This document shows positions 1 through 11,805 of a stretch of DNA of 64,000 nucleotides, one piece after another. Position 1 is the stretch's first letter; every line of letters starts with the position of its first letter. The translations under genes were made by a program, and so were the position numbers. The notes beneath the pieces were generated by a model. That model made no database searches and had not been told where the DNA came from. It was given only the letters and a program-made list of their open reading frames with translations. The stretch is from positions 1,302,001 through 1,366,000 of the forward strand of contig JBLDXI010000031.1 in the NCBI GenBank assembly GCA_047495785.1, given 5' to 3'. This stretch comes from Lepidodermella squamata (lineage: Eukaryota > Animalia > Gastrotricha).

Positions 1-4
1 CCTG

Positions 5-466
5 ATGCCTCCTGACATCGTTGTAGCTGACATGGCTCCGAAATTGCCGGACCCCCACATTGTACGGGGCTGCGGCACTTTAGTTGTGTTCGGGTTAAGC
101 AATAGGTTTCCTGCCGACTTCCCGCCCAATTTAGTCGGCAAAATCGCTTCAGAAGAATACTGTGCTACTGTCAAACGAATCAATCTTTTATTATCAAAGA
201 GCCAGAGTTCTCGGGCACGTTGGCTAATCTTTGCCTGCCTCTGCTGCTTCTGCACTCTATCCGCGTCACTGTGGCCTGTAGCCTGCCTAGCTAAAAGAAC
301 TCGTGCCCAGCTGGAAAAGCTTCTCGATTGGGAGAACAACCGGTTGTATTATAAATTAGGTTTTCGATGGCGGCTCGTATCGTTAAGATCCGATAGTACA
401 ATGCTCCGCGAGTACGCACTGGCCTTGGAATATCTTCCTCGCGTTTATTTACATCTACCAGAATGA
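5..466 (+). CDS. CHIC2: Cysteine-rich hydrophobic domain protein (CHIC1/2; Erf4/Golgin-A7 family); may extend 5' beyond the window
   Basis: The motifs PDPHIVRGCGTLVVFGLSNRF, RWLIFACLCCFCTL-S-WPV-CL-KRTR and EKLLDWENNRLYYKLG closely follow the CHIC2 sequence. AATAAA is at 710-715. Confidence 0.9.
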   Translation: MPPDIVVADMAPKLPDPHIVRGCGTLVVFGLSNRFPADFPPNLVGKIASEEYCATVKRINLLLSKSQSSRARWLIFACLCCFCTLSASLWPVACLAKRTRAQLEKLLDWENNRLYYKLGFRWRLVSLRSDSTMLREYALALEYLPRVYLHLPE

Positions 467-796
467 GAGTTTACTACCGCTATTTCTAAACACTGGCTAC
501 GTCGCCTTCTTTTCTTGTTAAAGTCTTGTCAAGTTTTTTTGGTCTCGTCTTGAATCTTACATATCGCCGTTGTCAGCACTAACATCATGAATGGAATCAT
601 TACACCTACAAATTTGCAATTATTTCAGCTATTTGTAAAAATGACGCGTTTCTTCTGTCTACTTTTCTAGACTTGGACGGCATTATTTGGTTTTGTACTG
701 ATGAACTCGAATAAAAAACGATTATGATCTGCACTAATTTAACTGATTTTCTTTTATTCTTAGTTTAAAGCCTTAATTGTTTAATTTTATCCTGCT

Positions 797-3700
797 ATGG
801 ACGGCAAAGAGAATATCGACGAGGGAGCCGATTCCAAGGACTTGAAGGTTGGTTTTTATTTGAATTTCCCAAGTGTCTCCACATGGCCCCACTTATTTCA
901 TGTATATAGTGCAACATGACTGATTATAAGGTTTGGGTCTATCTATGTTTGAGTGTTCTTTCTCGGTTTTAGTTCACCCTATCGTTTCTCTGTTGCAATT
1001 ATTTTTAATTTGAAAATAATTATTGGTTTTTTTTCTATTTCAGAATCGTACCGAAACAATTGATCTCGGCGGCGATAACTCGCTGATAGTTGACATTCCC
1101 GATGCGTTGAGCGAGCGTGAAAAGGTCAAGTTTTCCGTTCGAACTCGCACAACTATGCCGACGTTCAAGAAACGTGAAGTCCAGGTGACTCGTCTGCACG
1201 AAGAATTTGTGTGGCTACACGACCGTTACGTTGAAAATGACGAATACGCCGGCATTATCATCCCACCAACTCCGCCTCGTCCTGACTTCGACGCCTCTCG
1301 CGAGAAATTGCAACGCCTTGGAGAGGAGAGCGAGGGAAATTTCTCGAAGGAGGAATTTCAAAAAATGAAAAGTGAACTCGAAGCGTTAGTTGATTTTCGA
1401 ACTTATTATTGATTTTTTTTAATTTTCGCTGATTTATAGGGAGTATTTGGCTACCTTCAAGAAAACTGTTGCTATGCACGAAGTTTTTCTTCAACGCCTT
1501 GCCGCTCATCCGATTTTGCGAAACGATGCTAACTTCCGCGTCTTCCTTGAATACGAAGGCGAGGTATTGAAAAATTAATTGTATTATTTTCGGAAGAATT
1601 GAACAGATTAATTTGCGTTGAAGCGACTGGGAAGTTTGATTTTATTAAAAAGTTGGAAAATTAAAGATTTCCTAACAAATAATTAATATTTACTGAAATG
1701 CCGTTGAAAATTACCATGGGACAAAAACAATTTCAATTTACTCGTAATTTATTGACACCGTTCGGGGAATTAGTTACAAAATGCCTCAAAATGGAGATGG
1801 GAAAAGCCTGTTGTTGAATATTGTGGGTCTAAAAAATTCCAGCGCGAAATTTATGCGTTCTAGTTTTCAGTTAATTACATTTTTAGCGCGTTCGATTTTT
1901 TCCTTTCTCGATCGATAATGATAGACGTAATTTCCTAGGATTTTTATTTTTAAGCTACCCGATACCCATAAGTGTCCCTTTTTTAGCGTTGAAGGCTCAA
2001 TACCGGATAATCACGTACCTGTTTGTAAAATCTATACTTAAAATTGATTTTCTGAATTATATAGGCTTGCCCGAATTTTAACTGAAAAATCCGACGAATT
2101 CAGAGAATTGATAAAAAATCGAATTGATCTTCCAATTTGCTAAATTATCGAAATAATTTTAGTTACTTTACTGGGAAAAATCTACAACTAAAAAATGGAA
2201 TACTTAAATTTTGAAAATCATGCTAAATTTTGTCGCTTTTGTCGCAAATTGATTGTTCATTCAATCGGGAAATCGAATTTCCAGCGGCTTCTCGCTTTAC
2301 AAGCGAAGTGACGCTAACGATTTGCCCCGAAAAATGAAACCACAATCAGACTTAAATGGTTCGACTCAAGTTTTAAGTCTTCTCATATGAGCCGAATTCG
2401 TTCCACTGATGACATTTGTTTTCCGCAATTTAGCTCAACGTCCGCGGCCAGAACAAGAAGGAGAAGTTCATGTCCTTCTTCGACAAGGTCATCGCTAAGC
2501 CAGTCAACGAGGTGTACCTGAGCCAGACGCAGAAGGACAACGACGACTATTTCGACCAGCAGAAGACTTTCCTCAGCGAGTACCTCGGCCGGTCGAAGGA
2601 GGCGACGCAGAAAGCGGACCACGCGGTCGCCCTGCACCGCGAGCTCAACAGCTCGTTCATGACTGTTTCGGCGACGCTGGCCCAGGTCGGCTATGCCGAG
2701 CCGCAGGACTCGAATATGCGCGCGTTTTTCGCGAAGTTGTCCGATGTCGTCGACAAGGTGCGCAAGGTTGAGGCGCGTCTCGCCGCCGATGAGGATTTGA
2801 AGCTGTCGGATACGATTCGGTACTACTACCGCGACGCCGAGGCTGCGAAGGACTTGCTAACTCGCCGTCTTGCTATCCTACAAAATTTCGAAGGTAGAAA
2901 TACAAATTAATTTTATGGATTTTTTTCATGAATTTCGACAAAATTGATATTAAATTAGTTTCTAGAGGTCTCAAGAGGGAATTTACGGGGGAATCACCTA
3001 ACGTACCTTGACTGTGGGTAAATTTGGGCGATATTAGGCTATTCATAGCAAAAGCAAATTCCGCGATGTAACCTATATCATCAATTGCTAAAATGTCAAC
3101 AAGTAATGCATGATTTTAGCTGGAAAATCATCTTGATTTTTAGCTCAACGAGCCTTTTGATAACGAAGTGGGAGAAAATTAGGAATGGTTCATGAGCTAA
3201 GAAGATTGGTATGCCATTTCCACAACAAGCAGCGCGATGTTAACCCTTTCACGGCCATAAGGACGATTTCGGAAATTCGATTTGCATGTTCACAGCTCGG
3301 TTAATTTGTCGAATTGTTGGGTCTCCGTTCATACAGTACTACTTTTGGATGTTGCCTACAAGAATCTGGAACCCGAATTTCATTATTCCGTTGCTTCTAG
3401 GAAAGCGACCAATTTCAAACCGGGGGGTTTTTTTAATATTTTTTTTCAATCGAATAAATCGACATCTCAAAAACATTTTCTCCCAGATCTGACTTGACAG
3501 CCGTGTCCGGCAGGGTCTCATTGACTACCTATTCCGTTTTCATGACTTTTTATGTAAAAATGGCAAAACGGTAACCTGGCTGACGAATCCTATGAATTCA
3601 TCCGATGAATCTAATTAAAAAAACTAGGGTGATTAAAATTTTCAGCAAAATCAGAACCTGGTGCGAACTATGCGTCCAAGTGCCTAGTTTGACATTCTGT

Positions 3701-5313
3701 TGTCGATTTTCCGACTATTTTCTTCATTTGCCTGAAAATTCAAAAATTCGATTTTTTTTGCTTGGCTGAAAAAAAATTCGGCCGTGAAAGGGTTAAAGCT
3801 GCACCTGAGGTACAATGTAACAGCAGTAAGCGCCACCGCCCGTGGACGATGAAGGGCCGCAAGGAGGTACTTGATTACGCCGCACAGTGTCGTAACGACT
3901 ACGAGGCCGCGCGAAAGTACGTGTGTTGCAATAAACAAAAACGATTTTACGATCTTATGACAATTTTGATAATTGAGTTGATGAGTATTGGAAGTCATCG
4001 GAAAATTCGGGAGCTCTAGTTGTATAACCCCACCCTAAAATAGAAGCCTAGTTTTGGGTGATTTTAGGCCTTCCAACTTTGCATAAGCCCGGGTTAGTAT
4101 TTGCAGCAATTGATATAAGACAAGCAACGTCAAAATCCGAGAAGAACAGTAAAATGCACCAAAATGACAATAATAAAGATCCTGGTAGGCTAATTTCTGT
4201 GTTAGATGAATTGGCTAATACCTAAGTCAACCACTTCAGCGTGTCCCTTCTGAACAGCGATCCGTTCCATCATCATTCGCTGCATCCTTGTCGGATCTGA
4301 ACTCTTCCGCGAGCAGCTTACGATTTATGCCATCTATTTTGTTTGCAGGATTTACACCGGTTTTTCCCGCGAGAAACTTAAATCGGCACTTTTTCATTAA
4401 ATGTAGAATTCATTGAGGTCGGAATTCTTTCAGCATCTCGACTGTTTATCCCAATACCCAAGTGCCACATCGTTTTTGATGACCGAAATTTTGGCCCATG
4501 ATGAATAAATCTTTGCGAAGGTTCTCCGACTTGGAGGAGAGAGCGTTATCCAATTTTGCAGACAAGTAGTCCCGTAATTGCGGCTCGTACGTTTTTAGCA
4601 ATTTCGATAATCGTCAGAAATGTTTCATTGCGCTCCTGCTTCTCCCATTCGCTACAGAAGACATACATAGAGGCGTCTGAACTTCGCGAGTTCGTGACCT
4701 ATAGCTATTACTAATCGATGCAGAAAATTCATTTTTAAGAATATTTCTGAAATTTCCAGGATAATTAAAATAATACTTATTATCCCGACAATTTTTTCTT
4801 GATTTTCCCCATCAAACAGCCTAGAAAAATCGGACAATCCCCAATGAGGAATGTGCTAGGAATTTATAAAATTTTCCAACTTCAGTTCCCTAATAGCTCC
4901 CGATTCGAAGTGGATGTCAGCGTTTTTAAATTGAATTTTCTGGCAAAAAATTTGTTAGAAACACCGAAATCTACACCACAGAAACACTTTTTTCACTAGA
5001 ATTTGATAAATTATTCGAGCCATTCTACAATTTGGCTATTGTTTTGTGTTCAGGTTCAGCGAAAACCGTCGAAGCTCTGGCGGCGAAGGGCAAAGACACG
5101 CGGGCGGCGGAGGAGGCTAAAGAAAAGTGGCACGAAAAGTTCACGAAGCTGAGCGAGGCGGCTCGCGAAGAGCTCAAGTCGTTCCGAGCGCGCCGCATCG
5201 TGCACTACAGGCGCAACCTGATCGACTTGGTCGAGCTCGAAGTGAAACACGCGAAGAACGTGCAACAACTGCTGCGAACAGCCGCTGCTGGCCTCAAAAC
5301 CGAGGACGAGTAA
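797..5313 (+). CDS. SNX6: Sorting nexin 5/6 (PX-BAR), about 411 aa, 5 exons
   Basis: Exons 797-847, 1044-1384, 1440-1563, 2434-2893 and 5054-5313 are all GT-AG and phase-consistent. Motifs: [89 protein letters not shown]. Confidence 0.93.
3244..3792. mobile_element. Non-autonomous piggyBac-type MITE in SNX6 intron 4
   Basis: Perfect 13-bp terminal inverted repeats (CCCTTTCACGGCC / GGCCGTGAAAGGG) are flanked on both sides by TTAA (3240-3243, 3793-3796). There is no transposase ORF. Confidence 0.8.
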
Positions 5314-6808
5314 CCGAAATCGAACAATCCACCTTAAAAACTCGCTTTTTAATTAAATTTAACACGCATGCTTATATATGTATGAAAAAAACGAATCGAT
5401 TTTCCCTTTCTATATTATTATTATTCTATTACTACTATGTTCTATTACTCCTCGGTGATTGATGGCAAATTCAATGATGGTTAGTGTGTACTTGTATGTA
5501 TAATTTTTCTATGTAGTTCATCTGCTGCAACACAATTTTGAAGTATTTCAAGTGCTTCCTGCTAGAGTTCGTGAAAAAACTTGCCACTTGCAGGCTGGAA
5601 AATTCCACGAAAAATTAATGAAATATCCGTTCAAATCGGCTTTATCAATCGGATTTATGTTATAATATGAAATGTGTGCAAATAATTGAATATATATTAT
5701 CACCTATGCGAAAAATACTGCTTTGACACGGACGGGAACAAGGAAATCTAGATGATAATTTTGTGATTTTTTTCGCAATCGTCTTTATACCGTGTAATAC
5801 TAAATTGATATTCCGGAAAATAAATGAGTACTGGAAATGATTAAATTTCATACACAATCTTGTATACGTTATCGCTTTTCGTCGTAAAATAATGTTGTGT
5901 TATGATGATATCTTTCTTGATTGAAATCTATGATTCATTGGAGCTTTGATCGACGAAATTTCTTATGTATTTCTGTTCTATTGTCGCAAAAAATCGAAGA
6001 AAAGGAAGTAAAACAACCTATTGTGATACAGATTGTCGCTTTCAGCGGGGTTTGATTGAAAAATTTCCAGAAATTCCATTTGTCGACCTGTAAAGGATAG
6101 AAAATTAGAAATATTTTACAAGGAATACAAGAAATTCAACGGCATGTGCTTTACCTATTCCTGTAACGGCGGGCCAAAAAAATCACTCTAGACCCCATTA
6201 TGACAGTTAGGACCGTTGGTCGAGAAATTATCGTCGCATTTACACTAGACTACCCATAATTATCCAAGTTGATTACTTCCACTGTTATGCAATCATTTTC
6301 ACGAAAAAGACTGAATGCGTGGTTATATCCATTTTTCAAACAAATTCATCATATTTGGCACTTGGTCGGGAAGAAATATCACAAAATCAGCTCGACTTAG
6401 GTCTATGCATGCCTATAACACCTCGCTTCAAGCTTGCTATGAAAAAAATCCGAATTTTGCAAATTTTTCCGAGAAAAAGTAAAAATAATTTGAAAGCTTG
6501 AAAAATAGTATTTAAATACGACACTTCTAAATAGCGGATCAAAATTGACGTATTCGCGGCGATGGCTGTTCCAATATTATTAAAATAATTTAGGGAAATC
6601 TCATAGAAATTTAGAAATTTCAATTTAGGCTCATGGTCATGTATAAAGGAACGGTCAACGAAAACCACGAAAATCATGAGAAAATCTCGAAACTATCAAT
6701 ATTTTCTTATTTTATTTTTATTTTTTCAGTATATTTTTTCTTGTTTTTTTACAGTACCTACCGGGTGGCTGGAAACTGCCCCAGTGGCGCGATTCGTTGC
6801 ATACTGTA

Positions 6809-7024
6809 TATCTACTAATTTTCGGTGGTCATGGTTTGATCTATAAATTCGGTGTTTTTGCAAAAATATCGGAATTAAAATAACCGAATATTAATTCTAA
6901 TTAAAATAAATAGATTTTTTCCTCAACAGCCAGCCAAAAACCGAAGTCAAATCCACCAAAATTTAATGTACAGGCACACATTCTCCAAAACCGAAAATTA
7001 ATGACCACCGAAAATGAGTAGATA
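6809..7024. mobile_element. TA-flanked MITE with about 24-bp terminal inverted repeats
   Basis: gtatatctactaattttcggtggtcat (6806-6832) versus atgaccaccgaaaatgagtagatatac (7001-7027) are inverted copies with one mismatch. TA lies at both ends. Confidence 0.65.
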
Positions 7025-7026
7025 TA

Positions 7027-7206
7027 CGAGGTGGCCAAAAAATTATGCAGAGCGGGAATTCGCTGCGCATCAATTTAATGAGGAGTTTTAAGAAGTTGAA
7101 GAATTTCAAGCATTCTTTTGCCAATGGAACTCCTCAATTTCTTGAAACTCCTCATTAAATTGATGCGCAGCGAATTCCCGCTCTGCATAATTTTTTGGCC
7201 ACCCTG
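7027..7206. mobile_element. Foldback/Tc1-mariner-type MITE (near-perfect hairpin with ~80-bp arms)
   Basis: cgaggtggccaaaaaattatgcagagcgggaattcgctgcgcatcaatttaatgaggag... has its reverse complement ending ...ttttttggccaccctg. TA flanks both ends (7025-7026, 7207-7208). Confidence 0.8.
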
Positions 7207-7864
7207 TACACTAATTCTTTTCAGGAGGATTTTGGCAACATTTAAGATTTTTTATGATTGCGAAATCGATCATTTCTATTTTTCCAGAAAGAGAATTTTA
7301 TAGATCACGTTCCAGCCAAAAATGCGATTGCGAAATCGCGATCACTTGATACCTCAAAATTTGAGTTTTAAATCACCTTGCTTTGACTTGTTAACAGCGC
7401 CCATAAAATTTGCACACAAAAATAATAACAGCGCTCACTCGAGTTTAAGTAAAAATGATGACGCAACAACCGAAGTAATTAACATCGATAATTACGAAGT
7501 AGCTCGTGTAAATGCGACGAATGCGACGTATGACGAATTGGGTGCCGGCTGCCGGCTCCTAATCTGTCATAATCGGTCTCTTGCGTAACAAGACCTGCTG
7601 CCATGCTCACAATAGGCATTGGAGTCGAATTTTTTCGACGGATTATCGAAGTCAAGACCTGAACCGAGGTCCCTGTCCAAAAAAATCAGACCGGGACCCA
7701 TCAGGTGAGTAGATATGGGGCCTCAGAAAAAAGTAAGCGAAATTATGACACATTAGGGCACATTACCCTAAGTAAAAACTTGAACCGAGATTTCTTGGAC
7801 ACACTTTAGCTTATTGAAAACACACAACTAGGTAAGTGCTGAAAGCATTTTTATTTTTCTCAAG

Positions 7865-10800
7865 TCATTTTTTATCCACAGCTCCGTTCTCTAAAAGTAG
7901 ATCAACTAACAATTCGTTTTTCGAGTTCCTAGCGGCTTCCAGAAGGCTCTCGGCAGTATCATACGGTTGCAAGTGAACACTTGCGTTATGATCAATCAAC
8001 ATTTTGGCGATATCCAACTGAGCGCTGCTTTCCAAAGGATTTGTACTTTGACACGCGTACATCAACGGAGTCCAGCCCCGCACATTCTGCGTATCGACAC
8101 TTGGCGCAGCTTCGTCAAGTAACAGCTTCACAATGGCCGGCTTTTTGATTCTGGCGGATAGATGAAGGGCAGAATGGCCATAAATGTTTTGATTATCAAC
8201 CGATGCCCCGCAAGCCAGTAAAGCCTCGACAATCTCATAGTAGTCCAAAGCACTCGCGAAAATCAGCGATGTGTGGTCATTCTCGTTCTGAAAATCGATC
8301 GATTTCAGCCCGCCTGGGTGACGTAGTAGAAATTTAGCCACCTCAGTGAACCCGAGACGACCAGCCCAAATCAAAGGTGACCAGCCGTTCGCGTTCTGAA
8401 CGTCGATTCTTGCGCCGCCTTTTTCCACCAACAGGCGAACAACTTCGAAATGCCCGGCTTGAGAGGCTAGAATCAGAGCGGTATCTTCTTCGTAATTCCT
8501 CGCTTCAACTTGAGCCCCACAACTCAGCAATCTGTCAACCATTTCAGCACTGCCGATTCGACTAGCAGCCATAAGCAAAGTGTCACCATTGGAAAGATCC
8601 ACAATTTCGTTAATGTGTTCCAACCACGATCCATTTTCAGGAAGCTTCTTCGTATTGATGGAGACTAAAATTTCATCACGCCAAGAGCCTGTAGCCATCT
8701 CGCCTTGGATATCGACCTCTTTAGTAGCTGTATCAAGAATTTCGTTGATTTTCTGCCTGACTTTCTCGTCTTCTCTCGCTCGTTTCACGATGTCTGAGTA
8801 GATTTTCGCCGATTTTCTGACGAAAGCTCCACGCTGCACCAGCACTTCGCAAACGTCGAATCTGGTATATTTCGCCAGAAGAACTTCCAGAACATTTGCC
8901 TGATTCATGCGATTGCAAATGTGGATATCAGCGCCTTTCTCGTCAATAAGATATTCAACGATCGGAATGTGACCCTGGATTGCTGCCTCAAACACAGCTG
9001 TGTTACCTTTGTTGTTGAACAAATCAACTTGGAATCCAGGCTGCGAACATAATAGATTTGCAATGACCTTTCTTTGATCGTTGCTCATCAGTGAGGTTAT
9101 AGCTCGCATTAGGGCAGTTTCGCCCCTAACATTTTGACAGTTGACCTCAGTCGCTGACTTCTCAAGGATTAATCTTACAATTTCGACATTTCCAATGAAA
9201 GATGCCAACATCAAGGCAGTGTTGCCCATCTCATCTGCACATGACTTCACTTTGCTCGCTAGAGATTCATCGGCTAGTAAGAGTTTGAGCAGGTTCAGCC
9301 GGGACAATCTTACGCTGGCTAGCAAGAAATTGTCGAACCACTTTGCGCCGTTTCGTACGGGAATTTGAGCGAATAGATTTCTTGCCGAAAAAACAGCGTA
9401 GGTATCATCTCGCAATTCTTGAGCTGCAATGTCCGTTAAGCTGCAGAACAAGTCCAGGCTAATAGGAATTTCCATCGACTTGCCTACATTGACTAGCCAG
9501 CGCTTTTCAGCAGCGTAGCGGAACATTATTTCAACGGCGCAAGGCTTTTGTTGCAAAAATTGCCTGGCAAGAATTGAGGATGGCAAATTGTGGAGTAGAA
9601 TCTTTACCAGCTTAATTCGCTCGCCCTCCACAGCCCTGGCCAATGCATTGTTATTCGGCGAGTCCAGCAGTTTTTCCAACAATAGAGTTCGAAGTTTGGA
9701 CAAACCTTCAACGTTGTAGTCAGCCTCAGCTCGCCGGACAGTGGCCTTGTGCAGCAAATCGTGAACCACGTAGGCCCGTTGCCCCTGATCTGAGCAGGGC
9801 CTCAGCATGGCCGCATTTACTGGATCTTGGCATTTCTCCTCAACCTCGTCCTCATCCTCTAGACCCCAAAGAATCGCCAAATCTGTTGAAGCAACAGGTT
9901 CCCCGGCGTTGAATATCAAAAATGTGTAGTAAATATCACAGTATTTGCTCGAAAGAAACTCGGGCGAGAATGTCAACAGCTCAGACACCGTCATTTGAGC
10001 CCGACTGACGCTTTTCTCGTCCGTTTGAATTTCGGTGCTCGATATCGCGCTGAGCGTGGTCACCAACTTTGTGTACTTCTCGTTTATACTTTTCAAGCTC
10101 TTCAGGGGTCGAAAATGGCCCTCTACGACAGACGCAATCAGCGGCAGACCCAAACAAATGTTTGCCAAAGACGCTATTTGGTCCGAAGTCAACTTCTTCT
10201 CAGACCCTAAGCGGTAGTGCCGCCCCAGGATATCTATCATTGCGGTGTTCGAGATTGTATCTATCTCTAAAAACTCAGCTGGTAACCCGGCAAAGTTGGC
10301 CATAGCTCGATTGCGAGTGATAACAAGGCAATGAAAGGTGTCGATTCCCCGGCTGATCCTCGAAATTGAACGAAGAATACTGGCGGAGAAGACATCGTCT
10401 AGAATCAGTAAGATTTGAGGCTTCTTTTCGTTGAGAACAGCTTGGAAGAGGTAATAATCCGGCGTTTGGTTGTAGTCTCTTTCTATCAGATTAACGGACT
10501 GGAAAAGGCGAAGTAACGCGTTAAAGAAGCCCTGCTCGTCGTACATTTGCTTCATTGTCATTTCACAAACGTTGAGCCACAAAACGGCATCGAGCTGCCG
10601 GGGGCATCGCGCGGCATCGAGCCAGAACTCGGAGTCGATGTTCGTGATATAATTAGCAAGGGTCGTTTTTCCGATGCCTCCAGTTCCCCAAATTATAAGT
10701 GCGCCTGTTCCATAGAAATAGATAACACTTCTTATTAGTTAGAACAGGCGAGGAGATCAAAATTGTGAGGTTAAAATATGCAAATATTCGTGAATTATGG

Positions 10801-11805
10801 CCGAAATTTCATGAGATTCCATCACTAAAATTAAACCAATTTGTGCATGTTTAACCCACAGCCCGGATCCAACTTGGGAATTTTCAAAATACACAAGACA
10901 AAAGATCTAGATGGTATAATCCAAAGTAATCCAAGGTTCAGTATCCAAAGTAAGCCACGGTTCAGCATCCAAGCTACACCAATGTTCAGTATCCAAGGTA
11001 GGCCAAGGTTCAGTATCCAAGCTAAACCAAGGTAAACCAAGATTCAGGATCCAAAAGATTCAGAATCCATGCTACTAGATGGTAAGCCAAGGAACGCCAA
11101 TGTTCAGAATCTTGATACTGAGTCAAGATTCTGGATTCTGGATTAAATTTGAAATCCTAACATCATTTTCGAAAATTCCAACAAAATTCCAAGCTATACT
11201 TGGACAGTGCAAAAGTTGGTTGCATTCAACATATGGTAAAGCATTTAAATTTTGGGGTGCGAAAAATCTCTACCGTTGCTGCTGCGGTTCAGTAATTTAC
11301 TGATCGCAATTTCGAGTTCTTTCTCCGTCTCGGGCCTGTCGAAGAACGAAGCAACATTCGCTGGAGCTATGCCTCCGAATCCCGGCTTCACCCGTTCCCT
11401 CCTAGGCACTGCAGCTGTTTGGTACTTGATCCTATATTGCCTTAGCAGCTCAATTTCAGGATCTACCGAATCTTTAACATTTTCCAGCCGCGAATCGATG
11501 AAACTCAGTATCAATTGACTTAGCCCAGCGTCGAAGCTTTCCGAAATTTTCGCAACAATAAAAAACGACTCAGCCGCGAGTTGCGGCCCGAATTGCCACA
11601 GGTCACACATTACATGGCAAGCTTCGTAATAAGTTCCAGCCAGGTCTACCACCTTCTCGCAAACGTCATCCGTGAATATTTGCTGGCAGTTGAACGGCGG
11701 CCGATTCAGCGTGTCGGATGATTGGACTTCGCGAATGATGCGTTTAGCGTCGAATTGACGCCGCCGCATTTCGACGATGATAGGTTGGAAAAAATCGCGC
11801 GACAT
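7865..11805 (-). CDS. STAND NTPase: putative CARD-like N-terminus, NB-ARC domain and C-terminal ankyrin repeats (about 1123 aa, 2 exons)
   Basis: Exons 11805-11274 and 10704-7865 are joined by a phase-1 GT-AG intron. Splicing recovers the Walker A motif GTGGIGKTTLA that the ORF track misses. Also present: Walker B LLILDDV, sensor CLVITRNR, GLPL, MHD-like VHDLLH, and more than 10 ankyrin repeats (GNTALMLA, GETALMRA, GDTLLMAA, GWSPLIWA, GHSALHLS, GWTPLMYA). Confidence 0.88.
10921..11110. repeat. About 24-bp imperfect minisatellite (CCAAGGTTCAGTATCCAAGxTAxx) in the intron of the NB-ARC gene
   Basis: At least 4 clear tandem copies start at 10931, followed by degenerate copies. Confidence 0.8.

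Noticed and set aside
4200-4700. Coding-like composition within SNX6 intron 4
   Set aside because: There is no sustained ORF or recognisable motif. It is probably a decayed TE or pseudogene that I cannot identify.
10931-11030. CRISPR-like appearance of regularly spaced repeats
   Set aside because: The units are contiguous tandem copies without unique spacers, there are no cas genes, and the context is eukaryotic.
10831-11040. ORFs with repeating peptides (LxWILN / FSIQ.KPR)
   Set aside because: They are translations of the intronic 24-bp minisatellite, not genes.
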